Of a stretch of 64,000 nucleotides of DNA, positions 39,213 to 49,497 are shown in pieces (the first letter of the stretch is position 1; each line of letters opens with the position of its first letter). The notes below the pieces were generated by a model. That model was not told the DNA's origin, did not search any database, and saw only the letters and a program-made list of their open reading frames with translations. Position numbers and translations under genes: made by a program. This DNA is from Gammaproteobacteria bacterium (GTDB lineage Bacteria; Pseudomonadota; Gammaproteobacteria; Ga0077536): positions 1,280,001 through 1,344,000 of the forward strand of contig CAXXLL010000003.1 in the NCBI GenBank assembly GCA_963662545.2, written 5' to 3'.

Positions 39213-40184
39213 TCAGCGATGGAAGCGTGCCCCGGAGGGATGGTTGGAACCGTGGATTCGGACGTGGCAGTTGACGCAGCCGCGGTTGATCAGCCGCTCG
39301 TCCGGCCGGGCCCCATTGGCGAGGTTGCCGCGGGTCAGGAGCGCAGTCGGATGATCCAATACCCCGATTTGCACGTGACACTGTTGGCACAGGAAGGGCG
39401 GCGCAGTCACTAGTAGATTCTCGCGGTTTGATCCGTGCGGCAAATGACAGCTCAAGCAGTTCTCGGTGACCGGGGCGTGTTCCCACAGAAACGGGCCGCG
39501 CTTCTCGGCATGGCAGCCGAAGCAAAGCTGGTTGACCGAATCCGCTCGCAAAAGCGGATCGGTCGCGGAGCCGTGCGGGTTGTGACAGTCGACGCAATTC
39601 ATCTTACCCTCGAGCAAGGGCATATGGGAACGCTTGCGGAATTGCAGACGCTGAGTCTTGTGGCACGTGAAGCAGGTTTCGTTGACGGTCGCTTCGCGCA
39701 GCAGACCGGCGGCGGAGGTTCGCGTCATCGGATTGTGGCAATCGCTGCACCCGATATTCTGGGCTTCGTGCGTCGACCCCAGCCAGTGGAAACGGTCGCC
39801 GCCGACGTGACACTCGAGGCACACTGCATTTTGCGTCGTGACGGCTTGGGCTGAGCGCCGCGTAAACGCGATGATCGAGTCGGGGACCGTGGCATTCGCA
39901 AAATGTGCCGAGCCCGGGCCGTGGCAAGCCTCGCATCCGCGCGCCTGCTGTTCGCCACGGGGATGATTCTTGAAAACCCGTGCGTGCACTGTGTCGTCCC
40001 AGTGCTCCGCTTCGACCTGGTGACAGATACGGCATTTTGCCTCGCCGATATAGGTGCGTTCCTGGCCGCTGGCGCCCTCATTGCCCGGGTCGGCGCCTGA
40101 TTCCTTTGCTTGTGCCAGGCTGATCCACGCGCCGAGGACGATGACGATACTGGACAATGTCGTCAATGAACGATAGGCGGGCAC
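39213..40184 (-). CDS. mtrA: Periplasmic decaheme cytochrome c, MtrA/DmsE/PioA/MtoA family
   Basis: Signal peptide, ten CxxCH motifs, EKRGPFLWEHAPV, C-terminal IHGSNHPSG. Confidence 0.95.
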   Translation of the reverse strand: MPAYRSLTTLSSIVIVLGAWISLAQAKESGADPGNEGASGQERTYIGEAKCRICHQVEAEHWDDTVHARVFKNHPRGEQQARGCEACHGPGSAHFANATVPDSIIAFTRRSAQAVTTQNAVCLECHVGGDRFHWLGSTHEAQNIGCSDCHNPMTRTSAAGLLREATVNETCFTCHKTQRLQFRKRSHMPLLEGKMNCVDCHNPHGSATDPLLRADSVNQLCFGCHAEKRGPFLWEHAPVTENCLSCHLPHGSNRENLLVTAPPFLCQQCHVQIGVLDHPTALLTRGNLANGARPDERLINRGCVNCHVRIHGSNHPSGARFHR

Positions 40185-40392
40185 GAACTTCCCCTTTCAC
40201 CAAATCTGGATTAGCAAGCGCGCAAACGGATAGCGCTCCCGGAGTGTTGAGTTCCATCATGAGTGCCAACCGTTCAAATCACGACCGCATGGTACGACGA
40301 ATTTTTCTATCGCGGCACGGCGCTCGGCAGTGAAAAAAATACCTCGAAGGCCGCGAGCCTTGGTATCCACACCCCGAATCGAAGAGAGTGCT

Positions 40393-41232
40393 CTAGTCCT
40401 TTACGATCCGGAGCCGTGCGCCCAGTGCCCGGCCCGGTTCGATCTCGATCGAGTCCGCGCTCACGTTGGTCGCTGCTGCACCGATTATTGCCGCGGTCGC
40501 GGCGAGATCAGGCGATCGTAGTTGAAGCCTGAAAGGCCCCGGTCCCCACCGCTCCAGCTCTTCTGTCCGGATGTATTCGGAAGGCTCACAAAGCTCGAGT
40601 TCGAATCCGCCGACGCGATAGCTCAGGGCCGGCGGTTCCGGCGGGCGTCCCGATGGCGAGAGACCGAAGGCTTTCTCGTAGAGCGTCGCCGCCGCGTCGA
40701 TATCATCGACGAGTAATTCCATCCCGCTGACACCGGTCACCCGATTCGGGTGACTCCCTATCGGGTCCCACCTCAAGCGATCGGCATCGGGGGTTTCCCA
40801 TTCGATCAAAAATGGCCACGGTTTGCGCCAGGGTGACGATCCGGGGATGACCAGCCGCCAGGTCAGAATATGCCCGTCCGGGCGCTCGCGTTCCATGGCG
40901 AACGGTCCCTCGGCTGCGAGCCCGATGTTCGCCAGCCCTTCTGCTTCATCTTCGAGCCGGCTGCTCGCGAAGACGAACCCGACCAGGCCCATCGACTGCT
41001 CCAGAAACGCTGCCAGTTCGGCACCGAATGAACCACGCGTCCGCGCCTGATCGGCGTCTTCGACCGCGAGCAGTTCCAGGTAATCGAGTCCGAAACGCAC
41101 GATCGCGTTGCGGGTACCGAGCGATGGGTGACGCCCGCCGGCAGCGACCTCGAATCCGAGCGCGGTATAAACCTCGATCGCCGTATCGATATCGGGTACC
41201 GCAATCACCGCGTGGTCGAAACGGACGATCAT
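40393..41232 (-). CDS. VOC/glyoxalase-like protein
   Basis: FDHAVIAV.D, GGRHPSLGTRN, YLELL, PFLIEW. Confidence 0.88.
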   Translation of the reverse strand: MIVRFDHAVIAVPDIDTAIEVYTALGFEVAAGGRHPSLGTRNAIVRFGLDYLELLAVEDADQARTRGSFGAELAAFLEQSMGLVGFVFASSRLEDEAEGLANIGLAAEGPFAMERERPDGHILTWRLVIPGSSPWRKPWPFLIEWETPDADRLRWDPIGSHPNRVTGVSGMELLVDDIDAAATLYEKAFGLSPSGRPPEPPALSYRVGGFELELCEPSEYIRTEELERWGPGPFRLQLRSPDLAATAAIIGAAATNVSADSIEIEPGRALGARLRIVKD

Positions 41233-42215
41233 GTCACGAGCGCCGGCAGAACTTCGTTCGAGACGCGCTCGAACTGAGCCGTTTCGTCATGGCCGATCAG
41301 ACGCAAGGTGACGGTCGTCGCACCGGCGTCGATGAACCGCCTGATCTCGTCGACGCAGCGCTGCGGATCGCCAACGGCCACCCAACGCTCGAGAAACTCG
41401 CGCTCGTAGTCGACGCCGTAGTAGTCCCGCAGATAGCCGGCCGTGACGGTCAGGCCGGCCTCGCGGTCGTCGTCCACGCGGATGTTGTAATAGAGGCATA
41501 CTTCGAAGTCATCCGGCAGAGTCCGCGATTGTTCTTCGGCATACCTACGTATTGCGTCGAGATTCTCGCCGAGGCTGTCGATGGTGTTGGCGGTCGTCAT
41601 CCAGCCGTCGCCATAATGCGCGACACGGCGCAGCGCGGATTCGCGGCGTTTCGGAAACGCCGCGTTGGGGTTCGCCGTCACCCAGATGGGTAAGGGCTGC
41701 TGCACCGGACGCGGCAGCACGGTAACACCCTTGAATCGATTGAACTCGCCTTCGTAGCTCGCGTTTTCCTCAACGGAGATGAGCCGCATGATCTCCATTG
41801 CCTCCTCCATGCGGCGGCTGCGAGAGGCCGGATCGATACCGAAGGCTGCAAATTCCTCGGCGAAGCGCCCGCCGCCCGCCTCGCGCTGGCCCTGGCAGGC
41901 AACGAAGATCGAACGCCCCTGACACATGTAGTCGAAACTCGCCCATTGGTAGGCGAGCAGCAAGGCATCTCTCAGCGGGGTGCTGGCCATGCACGCGACG
42001 CCGAGCTTGACCCGGCTGGTAACGGCGGCGAGCCCGCCCAGCGCCACCATAACGTCGAGCCGCGGCTTGGCGAAGATAGAATCCCCCAGCCACACCGAAT
42101 CCCACACGGGCGCGCGGTCGGCGGCTTTGGCGAGGCCCAGCATACCGGGCACGTCGGACATTCCGAGCACGACGCTGCGGTTGGAAAGGGTCAGACCGAA
42201 CTTCGTTCGACTCAT
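41229..42215 (-). CDS. LLM-class flavin-dependent oxidoreductase
   Basis: DSVWLGDS, LAAVTSRVKLG, PRPVQQP.PIW, LRRVAHYGDGW. Confidence 0.9.
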   Translation of the reverse strand: MSRTKFGLTLSNRSVVLGMSDVPGMLGLAKAADRAPVWDSVWLGDSIFAKPRLDVMVALGGLAAVTSRVKLGVACMASTPLRDALLLAYQWASFDYMCQGRSIFVACQGQREAGGGRFAEEFAAFGIDPASRSRRMEEAMEIMRLISVEENASYEGEFNRFKGVTVLPRPVQQPLPIWVTANPNAAFPKRRESALRRVAHYGDGWMTTANTIDSLGENLDAIRRYAEEQSRTLPDDFEVCLYYNIRVDDDREAGLTVTAGYLRDYYGVDYEREFLERWVAVGDPQRCVDEIRRFIDAGATTVTLRLIGHDETAQFERVSNEVLPALVT

Positions 42216-42403
42216 GTACGCAGACTCCCAAACATCGGCGGGCTCAACGAATCATACCGGAAGCGGGGTGGGCGCCGGATCATGGCAGACGATTTCTCCG
42301 CATAGCGCCTGGTGTACATCGAGCGCCGTTAGCCATCGCGTCCAACGGCAACCGCAGAACCGTATACTGTCGGCCGCTTTTTCATTCACCTTGGAGGTAG
42401 CCT

Positions 42404-43030
42404 ATGACAAGCCTGCTCTATATCGAAGCCTCGCCCCGCAAGAAACGATCCCATTCGATCCGCGTGACCGATGCTTTTCTTAGTGCCTACGGGTCCGCCA
42501 ACCCCGATCACCGCATCGATAAGCTCGACCTCTGGGCCGAACCCCTCCCCGCCTTCGACGGCGACATGATCGACGCGAAGTACGCCGTCATGCACGGCCA
42601 GGACCCTTCCGCGAGCGAACTCGAGGCCTGGCGTGAGGTCGAAAATATCTTCAGTCGCTTCGGCGATGCCGACAAATACGTTTTCAGCGTGCCCATGTGG
42701 AATTTCGGCATCCCGTATATTCTCAAGCACTATATTGACATCATCACCCAGCCCGGCATGGCGTGGAGCTTTGATCCTGACGCGGGATACAGCGGCCTCG
42801 TCAAAGGACCGGTGGTGGCAATTTACTCCAGTGGCGGCGCCTACCACGACGGCAGCGGCGCCGAAGCGTTCGATCTGCAGAAACCCTACCTGGAAAACTG
42901 GCTCGGGTTCATCGGCCTGACCGACGTCAAACGCGTCGTCGTTGCCGGCACGCTGGAAGCGCCGGAGGCGGTGAAACAGTCGGCGCAACAGGCCGTTGAG
43001 GAAGCGGCGCGCCTCGGGGCGATTTTCTAG
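42404..43030 (+). CDS. azoR: FMN-dependent NADH:azoreductase
   Basis: IEASPR...SHS, PMWNFGIPYILKHYID, SSGG.Y, LGFIG. Confidence 0.92.
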   Translation: MTSLLYIEASPRKKRSHSIRVTDAFLSAYGSANPDHRIDKLDLWAEPLPAFDGDMIDAKYAVMHGQDPSASELEAWREVENIFSRFGDADKYVFSVPMWNFGIPYILKHYIDIITQPGMAWSFDPDAGYSGLVKGPVVAIYSSGGAYHDGSGAEAFDLQKPYLENWLGFIGLTDVKRVVVAGTLEAPEAVKQSAQQAVEEAARLGAIF

Positions 43031-43049
43031 AACGTGCCGGGGACCGTCC

Positions 43050-43619
43050 ATGAAGGTGCGTGAAAGCGGCATGCCCGAGCAGGCGTACTGGGAATCGCTC
43101 ATCGACCATTGCGGGCTGCTTGAGGAAATGAGTTTGCGTGACTGTGCGAGTGTGTTCGAATTCGGCGTTGGCTTTGGCTCAATACTGCAATGCTTTCACG
43201 GTGGAGACACCTCGGTCGCCGGCATCGATATCGACGAGAGCATGGTTAAGGTAACTCAGCAACGCCTCGACCGCCTGGGTATGGCGTCATCGATTCATCA
43301 AGGCGATTTTTTCGATGGCGCGCTGCTCGATTCGCTCGGGAAATTCAGTGTCTGCCTGTTGATGAACATCCTTCATCATACGGATCCACGCGCATTGACC
43401 GCGAGGGCCTCGCGCATGTTGATCCCCGACGGACGGATCGGGATCTGTCACTGGCGCGATGACATCGACACCCCCCGCGGACCGCCCATGGCAATCCGCA
43501 TCGGCATGGCCCAGGCCGAAGAGCTCGTCCGCAGTGAGGGTTTGTCCATATTGAAGTCGGGAAATTCGTTGAGCTCGCCCTACCATTATTACGTCGTTGG
43601 GGGCGTAACGCCGGCCTGA
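43050..43619 (+). CDS. Class I SAM-dependent methyltransferase
   Basis: FEFGVGFG, GIDID..MV, NILHH, L.PDG, TPRGPP. Confidence 0.85.
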   Translation: MKVRESGMPEQAYWESLIDHCGLLEEMSLRDCASVFEFGVGFGSILQCFHGGDTSVAGIDIDESMVKVTQQRLDRLGMASSIHQGDFFDGALLDSLGKFSVCLLMNILHHTDPRALTARASRMLIPDGRIGICHWRDDIDTPRGPPMAIRIGMAQAEELVRSEGLSILKSGNSLSSPYHYYVVGGVTPA

Positions 43620-43628
43620 CCAGGCGCT

Positions 43629-43651
43629 GTAGGAGCCTGCTTGCGGGCGAA
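43629..43651 (+). repeat. GTAG-type REP element
   Basis: GTAGGAGCCTGCTTGCGGGCGAA between convergent genes. Confidence 0.75.
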
Positions 43652-43667
43652 CCTGCACATCGACTCT

Positions 43668-44873
43668 TTAGAATGACACTTCGACCCGCTCATAGCCGAG
43701 CACGAATGTCCCAAAGCGCTTCGGAATCGGTTCCACGTCGGCGCGTTTCAGCTCCGGCATCCGGCCCAGCATTTCTTCCAACATCACTCGGATCTCGAGT
43801 CTCGCGAGATGCGCGCCGAGACAATGATGTCTGCCGTACCCGCCGAAACTCAAATGGCGATTGGGATTCCGGCCGATGTCGAATTCATGCGGCCGGTCGA
43901 ACACTGAATCGTCCCGGTTGCCCGACTCGAACAGGGTAATGAGCTTGTCGTCCGCACCGATCTTCTGTCCGCCGAGATCCACCGCTTTCAGGGCTTTACG
44001 AGCGATCGTCTTCACCGGCGTAACCCACCGTAGCATTTCCTCGACGGCGGTTGGAATGCGTGAGAAGTCCGATTTCAATGCGTCAAACTGTTCACGGTTC
44101 TCAAGCAGCGCAACCACGCCGCCCGTGATGACGTGACGCGTCGTTTCATCGCCGCCCACCAGCAACAGCAGGGCCTCATGCATCCGATCCTTATCGCGCA
44201 GCGGGCGTCCAAGCACCTTGGCCTGCACGATCGCCGACAGAATATCGTCGCCGGGATCTTCGCGGCGGCGCTGGAACCATTCATCAATGTAACGCTCGAA
44301 CTCGCCGGCCGCTGCACGCACCTCCTCTGCGAAGCCAACGGGCATGTTGATGAATCCCGTGGCAATCAAATCCGACCAGTGCAGAAGACGTTCGTAGTCT
44401 GCATCGGGAAGATCCATCATCTTGCCGATGATCATCATCGGCAGCGGCATGGCGAGGTCTCTGACCAGGTCACAAGTGCCCTCAGGGCGCACGCCTTCGA
44501 TTAGATCAATCGCGACCTCCCTGACATAGGCTTCGTAACGTTTGACGGCGGTCGGCGTGAAACGCTGGCGGTTGATAGCGCGCCGCGCGAGGTGTTCAGG
44601 AGCGTCGTGGTTGATCATCGAGGGGACGGGGGGCGCATCGGGTCGCGAACCGCCGCGCACCGAGAAGAGATCATGGCGTGATGATACTTCCCGGATATCG
44701 TCATAGCGCGTAATGCCCCAAGCTCCCCGTCCGTCCCAGGTGTCAGCGTCCGCATCCCAGTACACCGGTGCATGCTTGCGCATCCATGCGTAGGCTTCAT
44801 GCGGATCTGCGTGAAAAGATGGATCCATGATGCGAATGTCTTCGCGGATCGGATGAGTCGGAGCAGCGGTCAT
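43668..44873 (-). CDS. Cytochrome P450 (CYP142/CYP125-like)
   Basis: I-helix GGDETTR, EEMLRW.TP, heme motif FGGYGRHHCLGAHLARLE. Confidence 0.95.
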   Translation of the reverse strand: MTAAPTHPIREDIRIMDPSFHADPHEAYAWMRKHAPVYWDADADTWDGRGAWGITRYDDIREVSSRHDLFSVRGGSRPDAPPVPSMINHDAPEHLARRAINRQRFTPTAVKRYEAYVREVAIDLIEGVRPEGTCDLVRDLAMPLPMMIIGKMMDLPDADYERLLHWSDLIATGFINMPVGFAEEVRAAAGEFERYIDEWFQRRREDPGDDILSAIVQAKVLGRPLRDKDRMHEALLLLVGGDETTRHVITGGVVALLENREQFDALKSDFSRIPTAVEEMLRWVTPVKTIARKALKAVDLGGQKIGADDKLITLFESGNRDDSVFDRPHEFDIGRNPNRHLSFGGYGRHHCLGAHLARLEIRVMLEEMLGRMPELKRADVEPIPKRFGTFVLGYERVEVSF

Positions 44874-45033
44874 AAGGGGTTGTCGCGCCGCCGGGCGCGA
44901 CTTTTCTGGAAAACGCGAACGGAAACCGGATTTACCCACGACACGCGCGAGGATCCGAATCCCGTCGATAGGGCGTCCGAAAGCAGCGTTTTGCTGCTTC
45001 CGCTCTTAGTTAGAGCCAGTGAGTTTGCTCGAC

Positions 45034-46122
45034 TCAGGCAGCGCGGCCTGTCGCCTCCATTCCCCAGCTCTTGAGTTCCGGAAGAACCTCTTTGCCGAGC
45101 AGGCGCAGACTTGCTTCGACGTCTTCGAACGGCATTCCGGCATAGCTCGCTATCACCGTCCACTCGAAATCGCCCAGTGCCTTCTGACGTTTTTCAAGCT
45201 TGTCGAGGATCTGCTGCGGCGTGCCATAGGCCTGCACGTCGACGTAGTCCTCGAGCGACTGTTCTTTACCCGCCGCTTTGAGAATGTCCGCAGCCGCCGC
45301 GTAGGACTCGTACCCCTTGGTATCGCGATGGTAGTCATCGAGGAACTCGTAGTGCTCGAGCACCGAAAGGTAATAACCGGCGATGTACTTGCGCGCCATT
45401 TCCTCGGCGCGGCCGGCATCACGATCGCAGTAGGTCACATCGATGCAAAGTGGCGGCGGCGGCGGCGATTTATGGGCTTTCTTGAACGCATCGCGGTAGA
45501 GTTCGACCCCCGGTATGTGTTTTTCGATATCAAACTGGAGGAAGAACATCATCGTCGCGCCGAGATCAGCAATGATTGGCGCAGATTCGGGAGACATGGC
45601 GACACCGTAGGTCCGATCCTTGAACGAGCGGCTGGGGCGCGGACGGATCTCGGTACGTTTCTGCGGATAATAGGGACCGTCGCCTTCGATGAATCCGGTT
45701 TCGAGCGCCTTCAGTATCATGCTTGCCGCCTCGTCGAAACGCCCGCGGGCTTCCTCCATGTCGATACCAAAGGATTCGTATTCCATACGCGCGAGTCCTC
45801 GGCCAACGCCGAACACGAGTCGGCCGTCGCATAAGGCGTCCAGCATGGACAGCTTCTCGGCGACCCGGATCGGCGAGTTCCACGGTAGGATTACTGCGGC
45901 CGTGCCGAGTTTGATCTTCGAGGTGCGGCCGGCGAGATAGGTCAGGGCCTGGACGTTGTCAGGAACCATCGAGTATGAGTCGAAGTGATGTTCGGCTGAC
46001 CAACACACGTCAAACCCGCACTCTTCGGTGAGCTCGGCAAGCCGCATTTCATTTTTCACCATGTCCACGTCGGACAAGCCTTCGTGGGCGTTCTGAAACA
46101 GCATCAAGTATCCAGTCTGCAT
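45034..46122 (-). CDS. LLM-class flavin-dependent oxidoreductase
   Basis: GFDVCWSAEHHF, P.RVAEKLSMLD.L.DGR..FGVGRG. Confidence 0.92.
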   Translation of the reverse strand: MQTGYLMLFQNAHEGLSDVDMVKNEMRLAELTEECGFDVCWSAEHHFDSYSMVPDNVQALTYLAGRTSKIKLGTAAVILPWNSPIRVAEKLSMLDALCDGRLVFGVGRGLARMEYESFGIDMEEARGRFDEAASMILKALETGFIEGDGPYYPQKRTEIRPRPSRSFKDRTYGVAMSPESAPIIADLGATMMFFLQFDIEKHIPGVELYRDAFKKAHKSPPPPPLCIDVTYCDRDAGRAEEMARKYIAGYYLSVLEHYEFLDDYHRDTKGYESYAAAADILKAAGKEQSLEDYVDVQAYGTPQQILDKLEKRQKALGDFEWTVIASYAGMPFEDVEASLRLLGKEVLPELKSWGMEATGRAA

Positions 46123-46544
46123 ATTCGTTTTCTCCGTAAGTCAACGACCGTATTCACACGATTGGCGTCCGGTCTCGGAACTGCTCGAAGCAAGCGCGAT
46201 TTGCATAGTGTGAACCAAACGCGCCGGCAAGGAAAATCCGACTTTTGACGAGCGTCTGCGCCGGGCATTTTGCGGCACTCCTGCTTTGCTCGAAACGCTT
46301 ATACGGCGGTCGTCGTTCGATCGTTCAACTATAAAAAGTGTCGTGCGTTTGCATCGTATCGAGGTACTCCCGCACCCGGCGGATCCTGCCGTCGGCGACT
46401 TCGAAATGGCGAAAATGTCAAAACTTACCGGCCCATCAAATCGATCCGGAAGCAATAACACGCGATCGGTATTACGCCGATACCGACGACGAATTTCCAT
46501 TTGCACCATAATCGCCGCCGGATGAAACCGCTATACTTCGCCGC

Positions 46545-47324
46545 ATGAATACCCAGACGACTGAACACCGCATTCTGATCGTCAATGACGACGGCATCCA
46601 CTCCCGCGGTATCGCGCTCCTCGAAAACATCGCGCGCGGCATTACGGACGACGTGTGGGTGGTCGCACCGGACCACGAAAAAAGCGGCGCCAGCCATTCG
46701 ATCTCACTGACCATTCCGATCCGCATGCGCCAGCTCGGCGAAAAGCGCTACCAGATCACGGGCACTCCGACCGACTGCGTCCTGATGGCCGTGTCGGTAT
46801 TCATGCGCGATGCACCGCCGACCGTCATTCTTTCAGGTATCAACAGCGGCGCCAACCTGGCGGAGGACGTTAGCTATTCCGGAACGACGGCCGCCGCCAT
46901 GGAAGGGACTTTACTCGGAATACGGTCCATTGCCTTGAGTCAAATTCGCGCGCTCGACAGCCAGGCCGACTTCGCTCCCACGGAAAAGTACGGTCCTGAA
47001 CTCGTCAGGAAGCTGATCGATCTAAAACAGTGGCCTGAAGGCTCTTTTATCAACATTAATTTTCCGAACGTATCTCCGGATGAAGTGACCGGCATCAGGC
47101 TGACGAAACAGGGCCAACGTCCCCCGGGCTCGTTTTCGATCGACGCGCGGATCGATGCGCGATCGCAACCCTATTACTGGGTGAAGATCGCCTACCCACC
47201 CGGCAATGAGTACCCCGGTACCGACCTCCACGCGATTGCCGCCAAGGCCGTATCAATCACGCCGATCAAGATGGACTTCTCCGATCACGACTGGCGCCAA
47301 GCTCTCGACCCAGTCATCGCCTAA
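46545..47324 (+). CDS. surE: 5'/3'-nucleotidase SurE
   Basis: ILIVNDDGI, VVAPD..KSGASHS, GTPTDCV, SGINSGANL..DV.YSGT. Confidence 0.96.
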   Translation: MNTQTTEHRILIVNDDGIHSRGIALLENIARGITDDVWVVAPDHEKSGASHSISLTIPIRMRQLGEKRYQITGTPTDCVLMAVSVFMRDAPPTVILSGINSGANLAEDVSYSGTTAAAMEGTLLGIRSIALSQIRALDSQADFAPTEKYGPELVRKLIDLKQWPEGSFININFPNVSPDEVTGIRLTKQGQRPPGSFSIDARIDARSQPYYWVKIAYPPGNEYPGTDLHAIAAKAVSITPIKMDFSDHDWRQALDPVIA

Positions 47325-47486
47325 GGAACCTCTGAATAAGTCATGGTGCTTCTGAATGGTTCATGAAATTGTGCAGATCAAGGCACGAATCGCAGGCCAT
47401 AGCGGGGACTAGGGCTAAGGTTCGTAACGCCGAGCTGCGCGATTTCATGGGCAAGGCAGATGTGCCATGATTTATTCAGAGGTTCC
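47325..47486. mobile_element. 162-bp MITE, copy 2 (TSD CTAA, which includes the surE stop codon)
   Basis: Perfect 15-bp TIR GGAACCTCTGAATAA / TTATTCAGAGGTTCC, flanked by CTAA on both sides. Confidence 0.88.
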
Positions 47487-47512
47487 CTAATTACTCGAAG
47501 ACGGAAATTCTT

Positions 47513-48235
47513 GTGAAAGGCGTTTTTTTCGACCTCGGGGGCACCTTATACAGCTACCGCAACGTACCTCGCGCGACCGCACCCCTGTTGATAGAAGCGG
47601 CCGAGCGGCTCGGCCTGATGGCGGATTTCGAAGACATCAAGCGCGCGTACAACCAGGCAGCAAGCGACATGACGGCCGCGTATGCGGCAAAGTCCTATTA
47701 CCTGCACCGAGATTTTTTTCGCGACACCTTCATGCGCTTCGCCGAACTTGTCGGCGGCAAGCCCGATGACTCGGTGCATGCCTGGTATCACGACGCACAT
47801 CGCACCGCGATCATCGATTGCCTGGTATTGAAAGACGATTGCATCGATACGCTGTCACACCTAAAGGATCAAGGGTATTACCTTTCGATCGTGTCGAACA
47901 TTGATGACGACATGCTGCAGCCACTCGTCGTACGCGAGGGATTGGATAAATTTTTCGATCATTGGATGAGTTCGGAAGCTGCGCAGTCCTGTAAACCCGA
48001 CCGCCGGTTCTTCGATGCGGCGCTGGATAAGTCCGGGCTCAATTCGAAGTCGGTGTTATTCGTCGGAGATTCGCCGGAACACGATGTAGCCGGCGCGAAA
48101 GCCGCCGGCATGAACGCCGCACTGATCATCGACGGCGGCATGGAACCGCCGCTGCAGACCGGGCGTGACACCGTGGCACCCGACTATACGATTCATAACT
48201 TGAACGAGTTAAAGGAATTGCTACCCAGGCGGTAA
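47513..48235 (+). CDS. HAD-family hydrolase
   Basis: FFDLGGTL, IVSNID, KPD..FF, FVGDS.EHDV.GA. Confidence 0.92.
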   Translation: MKGVFFDLGGTLYSYRNVPRATAPLLIEAAERLGLMADFEDIKRAYNQAASDMTAAYAAKSYYLHRDFFRDTFMRFAELVGGKPDDSVHAWYHDAHRTAIIDCLVLKDDCIDTLSHLKDQGYYLSIVSNIDDDMLQPLVVREGLDKFFDHWMSSEAAQSCKPDRRFFDAALDKSGLNSKSVLFVGDSPEHDVAGAKAAGMNAALIIDGGMEPPLQTGRDTVAPDYTIHNLNELKELLPRR

Positions 48236-48571
48236 CGCACGGTTCCCCCTCTGAATCTCAGCTCGTGCGGATACGGCGAATCTGCCAAGCCATGGGGACA
48301 TCGTCATCAACAGCCGAATCCGAAATCGAATGGTCTCAATCCCCCGATAAACGGACGGCAGTATTTGATCTAATATGAGCAGGATGGTGAATAATGCCTC
48401 TCTGACATTATTGACCTCTCGGCGACGAAAACCGACGTCGCGTTGCGCTCCTTCCATCAAGCACTGGCATGTTAGAGGGATGCCGGTACCGCTGGTTCTG
48501 GAAAGACGCTGGCGATAAACCGATTTTTGCAGCGCTTTGTATACGGACGAATCAACAATGGAGAACAAAAC

Positions 48572-48961
48572 ATGTCTAAAGCATCCGCGAATCTCGTCGC
48601 CGCCATCAAGGCGGCGAACAAAGTGCTCAGTGCGGCATTCGCCTCCGGCGACATGAAGAAGACCGCGGCTTGTTATACGAAGAACGCGAGATTGCTGGCG
48701 CCAAATACGCCGGCATGCAATGGCCAGGCCGCGATCGCGCGCTTCTGGACAGGCGCCCGCGATATGGGTATCGGACGGGTGGCGCTGCGCACGATTGAAA
48801 TCGATTCTCACGGTACGACGGCGATCGAAACCGGCGCCTACACCTTGAAAACTGCGCGGGGAACAAATCTCGATAAGGGCAAGTATGTGGTCGTTTGGAA
48901 AAGCCAGCGGGGAAAATGGAAACTGCACTGGGACATCTTCAACAGCAACAATCCATCCTGA
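48572..48961 (+). CDS. SnoaL-like/DUF4440 (NTF2-fold) protein
   Basis: G..AI..FW, A.E.G.Y, GKYVVVWK...GKWKLHWDIFNS. Confidence 0.88.
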   Translation: MSKASANLVAAIKAANKVLSAAFASGDMKKTAACYTKNARLLAPNTPACNGQAAIARFWTGARDMGIGRVALRTIEIDSHGTTAIETGAYTLKTARGTNLDKGKYVVVWKSQRGKWKLHWDIFNSNNPS

Positions 48962-49027
48962 TCGCTTGACGAGAAGCGGAGGCGCCCGTGCGGCGCTTTC
49001 GCAAATCCCAGAAACCGCCTTCGACAA

Positions 49028-49432
49028 ATGCCCGCTACGCTGACACATCTCGCACTCCACGTCGCCGACCTGGACCGTTGTCTTGCGTTCTACCAGGACT
49101 ACTGCAAGCTCCGCATCGTGCACGATCGGCTCGACCGGGGTAACCGCATCGTCTGGCTCGCGGAGCCCGGCAAGGAAGAAGAATTCATCCTGGTGTTCAT
49201 TCCCGGCGGACCACGCCGCGATCAAAGCTCCGACGATTTCTCACATCTCGGCTTCGCTCTCGATAGCCGCGAGGCCGTCGACGAGATCGCTACACGCGCT
49301 CGCGCGGACGACATTATTGAATGGGAACCGCGCGATGAACCCTACCCCGTCGGTTATTACTGCGGGGTCAGGGATCCCGACGGTAATTTTGTGGAGTTCA
49401 GTTTCGGCCAGCCGCTCGGCGCCGGCGCCTGA
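49028..49432 (+). CDS. VOC/glyoxalase family protein
   Basis: THLALHV.DL, HLGFA, RDPDGNFVEFS. Confidence 0.9.
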   Translation: MPATLTHLALHVADLDRCLAFYQDYCKLRIVHDRLDRGNRIVWLAEPGKEEEFILVFIPGGPRRDQSSDDFSHLGFALDSREAVDEIATRARADDIIEWEPRDEPYPVGYYCGVRDPDGNFVEFSFGQPLGAGA

Positions 49433-49497
49433 AGGTAGGCGCCTTCATTCGAAACCGCTGATATCACCCTTGCCGTCGTAGCCTGGTCAGGCTTCGA

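Noticed and set aside
46123-46544. ncRNA or small genes upstream of surE
   Set aside because: No recognisable RNA motif or convincing ORF; probably a divergent promoter region.
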